Part shown: positions 20,867 through 29,060 of the stretch, piece by piece
How the letters are laid out: each line of letters starts with the position of its first letter
Numbering within the stretch: the stretch's first letter is position 1
From: Sphingomonas sp.
Lineage (GTDB): Bacteria; Pseudomonadota; Alphaproteobacteria; Sphingomonadales; Sphingomonadaceae
Direction of reading: 5' to 3'
Length of the DNA stretch: 64,000 nucleotides
Assembly: GCF_041661885.1 (NCBI RefSeq)
Contig: NZ_JBAZTL010000009.1
Location: 3,381 to 67,380, forward strand
Notes under the pieces: generated by a model
Seen by the model: only the letters and a program-made list of their open reading frames with translations
Database searches by the model: none
Told to the model about the DNA's origin: nothing
Program-made: the position numbers and the translations under genes

Positions 20867-20957
20867 CCGACCCACCCCCGGCCCCTCCCTTCCAGGGAGG
20901 GGAGGAAGATGGCCGCGCACGTCTCCCCTCCCTGAAAGGGAGGGGTTGGGGGTGGGT
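20867..20957. repeat. REP-like element: two inverted ~35-38 bp units, each with an internal hairpin
   Basis: CCGACCCACCCCCGGCCCCTCCCTTCCAGGGAGGGGAG ... CTCCCCTCCCTGAAAGGGAGGGGTTGGGGGTGGGT; the same unit recurs at 25055-25161. Confidence 0.85.
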
Positions 20958-20995
20958 TGCTCTCCGTATCGTGAAACGCCAGCCTAACGGAAAAT

Positions 20996-21018
20996 TCTCT
21001 CTCCCAGCGGGAGAGGGA
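20996..21018. repeat. Short GC hairpin (terminator or REP-like) just downstream of dnaA
   Basis: TCTCTCTCCC-AGC-GGGAGAGGGA, 5 bp after the dnaA stop. Confidence 0.5.
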
Positions 21019-21023
21019 AAACC

Positions 21024-22436
21024 TTACCCCTCCAGCTCGCGCAGCAAATAGCGCACGGCGGTGTCGATCTCGCGATCCTTGTCGCGCAATTCCTCGATCC
21101 GACGCACCGCGTGGATCACGGTCGAATGGTCGCGCCCACCGAACTTGCGCCCAATCTCGGGCAGCGAGCGCGTCGTCAGCCGCTTGGCGAGGTACATGGC
21201 GATCTGGCGCGGCCGTGCCACCACCACCGCGCGCCGCGCCGAGACCAGATCGACCGGCTTCAGCTCGAAATGCGCCGACACCGCCTTCTGGATCTCGTCG
21301 ATCGTCACGCGACGTTCCGCCCCGCGCAGCACGTCGCCCAGCGTCGCCACCGCGAAATCCAGATCGATCTCGACCCCGGTCAGTTGTGCATAGGCCACCA
21401 CGCGGTTGAGCGCGCCTTCCAGATCGCGAATGTTCGCGGTGATGCGCGACGCCAGCAAATCGAGCACCTCGCCCGGCACCTTGGCCCCCGGCATGTCGAC
21501 CAGCTTGCGCGCCAGCACCGCGCGGCGCAGCGCCAGATCGGGTGCCTTGATGTCGGCCACCAGCCCGCACGACAGCCGCGAAGTGATCCGCGCCTCCACG
21601 CCGTCCAGCCCCTGCGGGCAGCGATCGGCCGAGATGACCAGCCGCTTGCCCGCCCCCATCACTTCGTTGATCGTGTGGAAGAACTCTTCCTGCGTCGAAT
21701 CCTTGCCCGCGATGAACTGCAGATCGTCGACCAGCAGCAGATCAGCCGAGCGCAGCCGCGTCTTGAAGCTGTGCGTGTCGCGGTTGCGCAGCGCCTGCAC
21801 GAAATCGAACATGAAGCGTTCCGCCGACATCAGCAGCACGCGCGCACCGGGCACCGCCGCAAGATAGGCAGCACCAATCGCATGCATCAGATGCGTCTTG
21901 CCCTGCCCGGTGCCGCTGTGGAGGAACAGCGGGCTGAAGCGCGGCACGCCGGGCTCGGCCAACGCGCGCGCGGCATTGTACGCGACCATGTTGGACGCAT
22001 CGACCACGAAACGATCGAAGGTGAAGCGCGGGTCGAGCGCGGGGCGATCGGCCACGACCACCGGCGTTTCGACCGGCGCGGGGAGCGTATCGACCGTCAG
22101 CACCGCCGGGGCCGCAACCGTGGCGGCTCCCGTCTCGATCGACACGGCGCGCACGCCCGGCAATACCGCGCGGAATTCCTGCAGCAGCCGGTCGGCATAA
22201 TGGTTGCGGACCCAATTGGTCATAAACGCCGACGGCAACGCCAGCCGCACCACACCGCCACCGCTGGACGGCAACAGCGCCATCGGCTTCAGCCACTGAT
22301 CGAACAACCGCGCCCCGGCTGATTCGCGCAAATGCGCGCGCACGGTGTTCCAGGCCTGCACGACGGAATCATCGCCGCGCACGCCATCCACGTTTGTGCC
22401 GTTCGCGCTCGCCCCCCCGTTCAACGTCACGACCAC
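21024..22436 (-). CDS. dnaA: Chromosomal replication initiator DnaA
   Basis: FSPLFLHSGTGQGKTHL, LLVDDLQF, TQEEFFHT, RPRQIAMYL, GGRDHSTV. GTG start is tentative. Confidence 0.98.
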   Translation of the reverse strand: MVVTLNGGASANGTNVDGVRGDDSVVQAWNTVRAHLRESAGARLFDQWLKPMALLPSSGGGVVRLALPSAFMTNWVRNHYADRLLQEFRAVLPGVRAVSIETGAATVAAPAVLTVDTLPAPVETPVVVADRPALDPRFTFDRFVVDASNMVAYNAARALAEPGVPRFSPLFLHSGTGQGKTHLMHAIGAAYLAAVPGARVLLMSAERFMFDFVQALRNRDTHSFKTRLRSADLLLVDDLQFIAGKDSTQEEFFHTINEVMGAGKRLVISADRCPQGLDGVEARITSRLSCGLVADIKAPDLALRRAVLARKLVDMPGAKVPGEVLDLLASRITANIRDLEGALNRVVAYAQLTGVEIDLDFAVATLGDVLRGAERRVTIDEIQKAVSAHFELKPVDLVSARRAVVVARPRQIAMYLAKRLTTRSLPEIGRKFGGRDHSTVIHAVRRIEELRDKDREIDTAVRYLLRELEG

Positions 22437-22511
22437 ACCAAAAACCTTTGTTTCGCCGCGATGGCTTTCGCCCCGCCGCCGGAATTACACAGACAAAGCC
22501 CCCCACAGCCG

Positions 22512-22758
22512 GAATCACCGCCTGCATGACGTTGCCATTCGAATTGAGTCGCGAGACGCTCGGTCTGCGCGTTGGGAGGTCAGTTATGAAGATCGCAGCG
22601 AGTCGATCAAGGCCTCGCCCTGTCAGATTATTGAAATAATCTGGATTGACTCGGTTTCTGCCACGGATTCGCGTCGAATTTCTTATAAGTGATTGTTATA
22701 TAACAATTTCACTCGTGACACTTTCGTGTCGGTTTTGCGAATCGCGGTGAATCCGTGG
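22512..22758. promoter_or_regulatory. dnaA upstream regulatory region with GANTC cluster, IHF-like sites and palindromes
   Basis: 7 GANTC sites in 22512-22753; TAAGTGATTGTTA is one mismatch from YAANNNNTTGATW; perfect palindrome ATTGTTATATAACAAT at 22692-22707. Confidence 0.6.
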
Positions 22759-22840
22759 GTTGTGATCTTTTGCGGTGCGCGCGGTCCCGGAACGTTCCAT
22801 GCACGCGCGATCGGGATCGGATAAAAGCGACACCAACGAC

Positions 22841-22877
22841 AAAAAGCCCGCCAGATTTGCATCCAGCGGGCGTTTTT
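22841..22877 (-). terminator. Intrinsic terminator of rpsT (possibly bidirectional)
   Basis: AAAAA-GCCCGC-N14-GCGGGC-GTTTTT. Confidence 0.7.
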
Positions 22878-22896
22878 ACCGCAAAATCGGCGAGAA

Positions 22897-23160
22897 TCAG
22901 GCCAGCGCGGAGAGGCGCTTGGTCAGGCGCGAGAACTTGCGGCTCGCAGTGTTCTTGTGCAGCACGCCCTTGGCAACGCCACGCATCAGCTCGGGCTGGA
23001 CCAGCGCCATCGCAGCGGTGGCTGCGGCCTTGTCACCCGCTTCCAGTGCATTCTCGACCTTCTTGACGAAAGTCCGGATGCGACCGGTACGGTTGCCGTT
23101 TACCAGTGTCCGCGCGGCGTTACGACGGATACGCTTTTTCGCCTGTGGCGTGTTCGCCAT
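22897..23160 (-). CDS. rpsT: 30S ribosomal protein S20
   Basis: [12 protein letters not shown]...[15 protein letters not shown]. Confidence 0.98.
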   Translation of the reverse strand: MANTPQAKKRIRRNAARTLVNGNRTGRIRTFVKKVENALEAGDKAAATAAMALVQPELMRGVAKGVLHKNTASRKFSRLTKRLSALA

Positions 23161-23223
23161 GAAGCCCTCTGATTCTGCAAATAAGAAAGGGCGGGAGAAA
23201 GCTCCCGACCCCGGAAGCCGTGC

Positions 23224-23252
23224 GCCTTAGCGAGAACACGCGTGCCGGTCAA
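23224..23252 (-). promoter_or_regulatory. Putative sigma70 promoter of rpsT
   Basis: TTGACC-N17-TAAGGC on the minus strand, overlapping the mutM stop region. Confidence 0.65.
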
Positions 23253-24062
23253 TCACCGCTGGCATTTTGGACACCAAAATGTCGAGCGTCCGCCCTCGGC
23301 GTAGCGCGCCACCGTCCCGCCACAGCCACAGGCCTGCCCTTCACGGCCATAGACCGCGAATTGCTTGGAGAAATAGCCGAGTTCCCCATCGGGCCGCGCA
23401 TAATCGCGCAAGGTTGATCCGCCCGCCTCGATCGCTGACTGCAACACCGCGCGAATCGCCGCGATGAGTCGCTCCAGCTCTGTATGCGACAGCTCGCCCC
23501 CGCCCCGCTTGGGTGAAATGCCGGCGAGATGAAGTGCCTCGCACACATAGATGTTGCCGAGCCCGGCGACGATTCGCTGGTCGAGCAGCAACAGCTTGAT
23601 CGAGGCCACCCGCCCGGCGAGCGCGGCTTGCAGCGAAGCCACGGTCAAATCCGGACCGAGCGGTTCCGGCCCCAAGGCCTTGAAGGCCGGAAAATCGGGG
23701 AGCGCGGTCGTCGCCAGCAAATCGACCGAGCCGAAGCGCCGCGCGTCGTTGAGCGCGAGCCGCCGTGTCGCGGTTTCGAGAATCAGGTGATCGTGCGGCA
23801 GCACCTCGCCAGGGTCGATGCGCCAGCGCCCCGACATGCCGAGGTGGAACACCACCGTGTCACCGCGATCGGTTTCGATCAGCCCATATTTGGCGCGCCG
23901 CGAAAGGCCCGTAACCGTCGCCCCGGTCAGGCGCTGGCCGAGATCAGCCGGAAAGGGTCGCCGCAAATCGGGGCGGCGGAGCTGGACCAATATGATGCGC
24001 TGACCCTCCAGCACGGGCCGCAGCCCGCGCACGGTGGTTTCGACTTCGGGTAATTCGGGCAT
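23253..24062 (-). CDS. mutM: Formamidopyrimidine-DNA glycosylase
   Basis: MPELPEVET, HLGMSG, GLGNIYVCE, C-terminal CxC...CPKCQ zinc finger. Confidence 0.98.
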   Translation of the reverse strand: MPELPEVETTVRGLRPVLEGQRIILVQLRRPDLRRPFPADLGQRLTGATVTGLSRRAKYGLIETDRGDTVVFHLGMSGRWRIDPGEVLPHDHLILETATRRLALNDARRFGSVDLLATTALPDFPAFKALGPEPLGPDLTVASLQAALAGRVASIKLLLLDQRIVAGLGNIYVCEALHLAGISPKRGGGELSHTELERLIAAIRAVLQSAIEAGGSTLRDYARPDGELGYFSKQFAVYGREGQACGCGGTVARYAEGGRSTFWCPKCQR

Positions 24063-24118
24063 TCCCCGCTTTTGCCCGAACGGTGCCAGGGGTCAACGTG
24101 CCTACCGTGCTATTGCGT

Positions 24119-24183
24119 CTCTGCGTCCTCTGCGCCTCTGCGCGAACCAATTTTGTTCGCGCAGAGGCGCAGAGGACGCGGAG
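24119..24183. repeat. 29-bp-stem palindromic element built from CTCTGCG units
   Basis: CTCTGCGTCCTCTGCGCCTCTGCGCGAAC-CAATTTT-GTTCGCGCAGAGGCGCAGAGGACGCGGAG; only one G.T pair in the stem. Confidence 0.85.
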
Positions 24184-24275
24184 AAGAAGAGATTCCTCGG
24201 CCACGCGCGGAGCAATTTGACGGAGCAGCAACGCGATGGTTTGCGCCGCCGCTTCGCTCGGCTAGAGCGTGCGGC

Positions 24276-25037
24276 ATGACCGACACCCATTCCGGCTCCG
24301 ATAGCGCCCCCGGCACCGTCACCTTCGGCTACGAAGACATTCCCGCCACCGAAAAAACCGCGCGCGTCGGCGGGGTGTTTTCCAGCGTGGCGCGCAGCTA
24401 TGACATCATGAACGACGCGATGTCGGGCGGGATGCACCGCCTGTGGAAGGATCGCTTCGTCCGCCGCGTGAAGCCACGCGCGGGCGAGCAGATCCTCGAT
24501 ATGGCAGGCGGCACCGGCGACATCGCCTTCCGCCTGGCCGAATCGGGCGCGAGCGTGACCGTCGCCGACATCAACCCGCAAATGCTCGAAGTCGGCATGG
24601 AACGCGCCGCCAAGCGCGGCATTGACGGCCTGGTATGGACCGAGGCCAATGCCGAGACGCTGGTCTTCCCCGACCGATTCTTCGATGCCTATACGATCGC
24701 CTTTGGCATCCGCAACGTAACCGACATCCCCAAGGCACTGCGTGAGGCGCACCGCGTGCTGCGTCGCGGTGGGCGGTTCTATTGCCTGGAATTCTCGACC
24801 ACGCTGTGGCCCGGTTTCGCCGATGTTTATGACGTTTATTCGCACAAGGTGGTGCCGCAACTCGGCAAGCTGCTGGCGCAGGATGCCGACAGCTATCGCT
24901 ACCTGATCGAATCGATTCGCCGCTTTCCCGATATGCCGACGTTCGAGGGCATGATCTGCGATGCCGGCTTCGTGCAGACCGGAGTCGAGCCGATGCTCGG
25001 CGGGCTGGTCGCGATCCACCACGGGTGGAAGATTTGA
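24276..25037 (+). CDS. ubiE: Ubiquinone/menaquinone C-methyltransferase
   Basis: YDIMNDAMSGGMHRLWK, LDMAGGTGD, IAFGIRNVT, YLIESIRRFP. Confidence 0.96.
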   Translation: MTDTHSGSDSAPGTVTFGYEDIPATEKTARVGGVFSSVARSYDIMNDAMSGGMHRLWKDRFVRRVKPRAGEQILDMAGGTGDIAFRLAESGASVTVADINPQMLEVGMERAAKRGIDGLVWTEANAETLVFPDRFFDAYTIAFGIRNVTDIPKALREAHRVLRRGGRFYCLEFSTTLWPGFADVYDVYSHKVVPQLGKLLAQDADSYRYLIESIRRFPDMPTFEGMICDAGFVQTGVEPMLGGLVAIHHGWKI

Positions 25038-25171
25038 TGGGCAGCGCCGTTATTCTCCCCTCCCTGGAAGGGAGGGGTTGGGGGTGGGTTGGCCCGTTGC
25101 TGACCGCTGTCCTCTCCACGGGCCGACCCACCCCCTACCCCCTCCCTTCCAGGGAGGGGAGAAGGCAGTGA
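25037..25171 (+). CDS. Putative 44-aa bridging ORF across the REP-like insertion (not in the ORF track)
   Basis: ATG overlaps the ubiE stop (TGATG); TGA overlaps the ubiB start (GTGA). Reads MGSAVILPSLEGRGWGWVGPLLTAVLSTGRPTPYPLPSREGRRQ. Confidence 0.35.
   Translation: MGSAVILPSLEGRGWGWVGPLLTAVLSTGRPTPYPLPSREGRRQ
25055..25161. repeat. Second REP-like element (two inverted units) between ubiE and ubiB
   Basis: CTCCCCTCCCTGGAAGGGAGGGGTTGGGGGTGGGT ... CCGACCCACCCCCTACCCCTCCCTTCCAGGGAGGGGAG. Confidence 0.85.
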
Positions 25172-26703
25172 CCGCCCCCGTTATCCACCTGTGGCGCCTG
25201 CTCAAATGGGGTCGCATCCTCGCGCGGCACGGCGCGCTCTCGGGCATCGAGCGCGATCCCAATACGCCGACGCCGGTGCGTCGCCTCGCGCGGATCGCAC
25301 GGATCGGCGCGCGCGTCCCCGCCGTGCCGCGCTATGCCGATGCGTTTCAGGCGATCGGCCCCGCCGCGATCAAGCTCGGCCAGACGCTGGCGACGCGTCC
25401 CGACATTGTCGGCGAAGCGGCGTCCGACGATCTGATGCGGCTGCAGGACGCGCTGCCCCCCGTGCCGTACGACACGATCCACGCCGCGATGACGCGCGCG
25501 TTCCAGCGTGATCCGGCAGACTTGTTCGCCTCGATCGATCCCGTCCCGGTCGGCGCGGCGTCGATCGCGCAAGTCCATCGCGGGGTTACCACCGATGGCC
25601 GCACCGTCGCAATCAAGGTGCTGCGCCCCGGCGTCGAGGAGGACTTCACCCGCGCGATCGACACCTATGAATGGGCGGCGGCGCAAGTCGAGGCGATGGG
25701 CGGCGAACTGTCGCGGCTGCGCCCACGGCTGGTGATCGAGACGTTCAAGCGCTGGACCGCGCGCGAGCTCGATTTGCGGCGCGAAGCCGCCTCGGCTTCC
25801 GAACTGGCCGATGCGATGATGGCCGAGCCCGATTTTCTCGTGCCCAGGATCGATTGGCAGCGCACCACCGGCCGTGTGCTGACGCTCGAATGGATCGACG
25901 GAATCAAGCTGTCCAACCGCGCGGCGCTGGTCGAAGCCGGCTATGACATGCAGGCGCTGGCCAACACGCTCGTCCACGCTTTCCTGCGCCAGGCGATCGC
26001 CGAAGGCTTCTTCCATGCCGACATGCACCAGGGCAATCTGTTCGCGCTGCCGGGTGGCAAGATCGCTGCGATCGACTTTGGCATCATGGGCCGGATCGAC
26101 CGGCGCGCGCGGGTGTGGCTCGCCGAAATTCTCTACGGGCTCATCACCGGCAACTACCGGCGCGTCGCCGAGATTCATTTCGAGGCGGGCTATGTGCCGC
26201 CGCACCACAATGTCGCCGAGTTCGCGACGGCGCTGCGCGCGGTTGGCGAACCGATGCGCGGCATGGCGGTGAAGGACATGTCGATCGGCATGATGCTCGA
26301 CGGCCTGTTCAACATCACCCGCGATTTTGACATGCAGACGCAGCCGCATTTGCTGCTGCTGCAAAAGACGATGGTGATGGTGGAGGGCGTGGCGACCAGC
26401 CTCGACCCCGAGATCAATTTGTGGGACGCCGCCGCCCCGTTCGTGCGCGAATGGATCCGCACCGAACTCGGCCCCGAAGCGGCGGTGGCCGACCGGCTGG
26501 TCGAGGGCTTCCGGACGCTGTCGCGCTTGCCCGATCTGGTGCGCAACATCGAACGGCGCTTCCCCAATCCGCCCGGCGCACCGCCCGAGCCGCCGCTCAA
26601 GCATATCGAGGTGCTGCGTTTTGGCGGCGGCTGGCGTTATGCGTTGGTCGCGCTGCTGAGCTCCGGCGCGAGCCTCGGCCTGGGGTGGATGCTCTGGGGG
26701 TGA
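25168..26703 (+). CDS. ubiB: Ubiquinone biosynthesis kinase-like protein UbiB
   Basis: IKLGQTLATRPD, AASIAQVH, VAIKVLRP, FFHADMHQGN, DFGIMG, LLQKT. Confidence 0.96.
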   Translation: MTAPVIHLWRLLKWGRILARHGALSGIERDPNTPTPVRRLARIARIGARVPAVPRYADAFQAIGPAAIKLGQTLATRPDIVGEAASDDLMRLQDALPPVPYDTIHAAMTRAFQRDPADLFASIDPVPVGAASIAQVHRGVTTDGRTVAIKVLRPGVEEDFTRAIDTYEWAAAQVEAMGGELSRLRPRLVIETFKRWTARELDLRREAASASELADAMMAEPDFLVPRIDWQRTTGRVLTLEWIDGIKLSNRAALVEAGYDMQALANTLVHAFLRQAIAEGFFHADMHQGNLFALPGGKIAAIDFGIMGRIDRRARVWLAEILYGLITGNYRRVAEIHFEAGYVPPHHNVAEFATALRAVGEPMRGMAVKDMSIGMMLDGLFNITRDFDMQTQPHLLLLQKTMVMVEGVATSLDPEINLWDAAAPFVREWIRTELGPEAAVADRLVEGFRTLSRLPDLVRNIERRFPNPPGAPPEPPLKHIEVLRFGGGWRYALVALLSSGASLGLGWMLWG

Positions 26704-27818
26704 AGGACACCGCGCCCCTCTGGCTCACGGCGCCCTCGCGCTTTGCCGTGTTGAAGCCGCAGGGGGCTCGCCTTGGCCTTGCGCTGCTCGCGCTGCTGCT
26801 GCTCGCAACGTTGCTCGCGCTGGCCAGCCCGGGGCCGCCGCCGACCAGCCATGATCCGGCCCACCGTGCCGACGATCAAGCCGATGTCGTGCTCTACGAA
26901 ACCATCGTCCAGGGCATTCGTGGTGGTGGCAGTTACTATCCGGTCGCCGCGCAAGCGTTGCGCGGCGGGGATTATCCGATGCGTCCGTTCGTAACCTTCC
27001 GGCTGCCGACGCTCGCGGTCGTGCAGGCGACACTGCCGCCGACGACGATGCTGATCCTCCTCTATGCGCTGGTGGCGGGTGTCGTATTCGCCTGGTATCG
27101 GCGGTTGCGCGGGGCTTTTATCCGCCCCGCACCGCAGGGGATTGCGATGGCCTTGCTCGCGGGCGGCCTGGTCGCCTTCGTCCAAAGCGAGCTGGCCAGC
27201 TTTCATGAGATTTGGGCGGGTCTGCTCGTCGCGCTGTCGCTCGCCGTGCGTCGCGACGGCAAATGGGTGGAAGCGGTCGCCATCGGCCTTATCGCGATGC
27301 TGATCCGCGAAACCGCCGCGCTTTATGTCGCGATCATGGCGGTGTTCGCCTTTGCCGAGGGCAATCGCAAGGAAGCGATCGGCTGGGCCGCGACGTTGGG
27401 CGTGTTCGCGATCGTGATCGCCGCACATGCCCATGCCGTCTCGCTCGTGGTGCGCGAAACCGATCCCGTGTCGCCGGGCTGGGCCGGGCTGCTGGGCTTC
27501 GGCTTCTTCGTGAAGACGATGCAGCTTTCGACCGCGTTGGCAATGGCACCCCTGTGGCTCGCCGCCCCGTTGGTTGGCCTTGCGCTGTTCGGCTGGTCGG
27601 CGTGGAACAGCGCGCTTGCCCTGCGCACGCTTGCGACCCTGGTGGCCTATGCGGTGCTGCTGGCCCTGTTCGGGCGCGCCGACACCTTCTATTGGGGGCT
27701 GATGATCGCGCCCACGCTCCTGATCGGCCTTGCCTTCGCGCCCGATGGCGTGCGCGATTTGATCGCGCGCGCGCAGGACCCGCGCCGCAAGATCACCGTG
27801 ACGCGGGTGGTGCGATGA
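26700..27818 (+). CDS. Multi-pass membrane protein of unknown function (possibly GT-C-like)
   Basis: 372 aa with about 9-10 hydrophobic segments; GTGA overlap with ubiB and ATGA overlap with coaC. Confidence 0.75.
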   Translation: MKDTAPLWLTAPSRFAVLKPQGARLGLALLALLLLATLLALASPGPPPTSHDPAHRADDQADVVLYETIVQGIRGGGSYYPVAAQALRGGDYPMRPFVTFRLPTLAVVQATLPPTTMLILLYALVAGVVFAWYRRLRGAFIRPAPQGIAMALLAGGLVAFVQSELASFHEIWAGLLVALSLAVRRDGKWVEAVAIGLIAMLIRETAALYVAIMAVFAFAEGNRKEAIGWAATLGVFAIVIAAHAHAVSLVVRETDPVSPGWAGLLGFGFFVKTMQLSTALAMAPLWLAAPLVGLALFGWSAWNSALALRTLATLVAYAVLLALFGRADTFYWGLMIAPTLLIGLAFAPDGVRDLIARAQDPRRKITVTRVVR

Positions 27819-28348
27819 AGATCCTGCTGATCGTCGGCGGCGGCATTGCCGCCTACAAGGCGTGCGAGCTGATCCGGCTGTGCCGCAAGGGGGGCATTGC
27901 GGTGAAGTGCGTGCTGACCGATGGCGGCGCGCATTTCGTCACGTCGATGACGCTGGCGGCTTTGTCCGAAAATCAGGTCCATACCAGCCTGTGGGACCTG
28001 AAGGATGAAGTCGAGATGGGCCATATCCAGCTCAGCCGCGAGGCCGACCTGATTGTGATCGCGCCCGCCACCGCCGATTTGATGGCAAAGATGGCCGCCG
28101 GTATCGCCGATGACCTGGCAACCACCCTGTTGCTGGCGACCGACAAGCCCGTGCTTGCGGCGCCCGCGATGAACGTGCGCATGTGGCAACACCCCGCGAC
28201 GCGGCGCAACGTCGCCACGCTGCGCGGCGATGGCGTGACGGTGCTGGAACCCGATGACGGCGCGATGGCGTGCGGCGAATACGGCCCGGGCCGCCTGCCC
28301 GAGCCCCCGGCGATTTTCGCGGCGATCCTGGCGGCGTTGGCGGGGTGA
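27815..28348 (+). CDS. coaC: Phosphopantothenoylcysteine decarboxylase (CoaC half, standalone ORF)
   Basis: GGIAAYKA, HIQLSREAD, APAMN, MACGEYGPGRLPEP; stop TGA at 28346-28348. Confidence 0.88.
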   Translation: MKILLIVGGGIAAYKACELIRLCRKGGIAVKCVLTDGGAHFVTSMTLAALSENQVHTSLWDLKDEVEMGHIQLSREADLIVIAPATADLMAKMAAGIADDLATTLLLATDKPVLAAPAMNVRMWQHPATRRNVATLRGDGVTVLEPDDGAMACGEYGPGRLPEPPAIFAAILAALAG

Positions 28349-28983
28349 CCCGCCCCCACATCCTCGTCACCGCCGGCCCGACCCATGAACCGATCGACCC
28401 GGTGCGGTATCTCGCCAATCGCTCATCGGGCAAACAGGGCTTTGCGATCGCCGCCGCGCTGGCCGAACGCGGCGCGCGGGTGACGCTGGTGGCGGGGCCG
28501 GTCACCCTTCCCACGCCGCCAGGCGTGACGCGCATCGATGTCGAGACTGCGCGGGAGATGGCCGCAGCGGTCGACGCCGCGCTCCCGGTCGATGCTGCGG
28601 TGATGGTCGCCGCCGTCGCCGACTGGCGCGTCGAAAGCGCTGGCCAGAAGATCAAGAAAGGCGCGGGCGGACCGCCGACGCTGCGGCTCGTCGAAAACCC
28701 CGACATTCTCGCCACGCTCGGTGCCAGTACGCAGCGCCCGCGTTTGCTGATTGGCTTCGCAGCGGAAACCGAACGCGTGATCGAGCACGCCACCGCCAAG
28801 CGCGCGCGCAAAGGCGCCGACTGGATCGTCGCCAACGATGTGTCGGGCGACGTGATGGGCGGTGCAGCCAACACCGTCCACATCGTGACTGCGGCAGGGG
28901 TCGAAAGCTGGGAACGCCTGCCCAAGGACGCCGTCGCTGCGCGGCTGGCCGACCGCATCATGATGGCGCTCGCCACGGGGTAA
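28345..28983 (+). CDS. coaB: Phosphopantothenate-cysteine ligase (CoaB half, standalone ORF)
   Basis: GTG start overlapping the coaC stop; TAGPTHEPIDPVRYLANRSSGKQG, GFAAET, IVANDV. Confidence 0.88.
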   Translation: MTRPHILVTAGPTHEPIDPVRYLANRSSGKQGFAIAAALAERGARVTLVAGPVTLPTPPGVTRIDVETAREMAAAVDAALPVDAAVMVAAVADWRVESAGQKIKKGAGGPPTLRLVENPDILATLGASTQRPRLLIGFAAETERVIEHATAKRARKGADWIVANDVSGDVMGGAANTVHIVTAAGVESWERLPKDAVAARLADRIMMALATG

Positions 28984-29060
28984 CCATTGCGCGGACGAAT
29001 CCGGCGGCATAGGCTCGCACCGGTTGCCGCGTACCGATCAGCAGGGAAGGTTTGCACGGG

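Noticed and set aside
22437-22896. Firm call of oriC
   Set aside because: No convincing DnaA boxes found, dnaN is not adjacent, and origins in model alphaproteobacteria lie away from dnaA; kept only as a hypothesis.
24961-25167. Apparent N-terminal extension of UbiB through the repeat
   Set aside because: It starts inside ubiE with no credible start; UbiB homology begins at GTG 25168.
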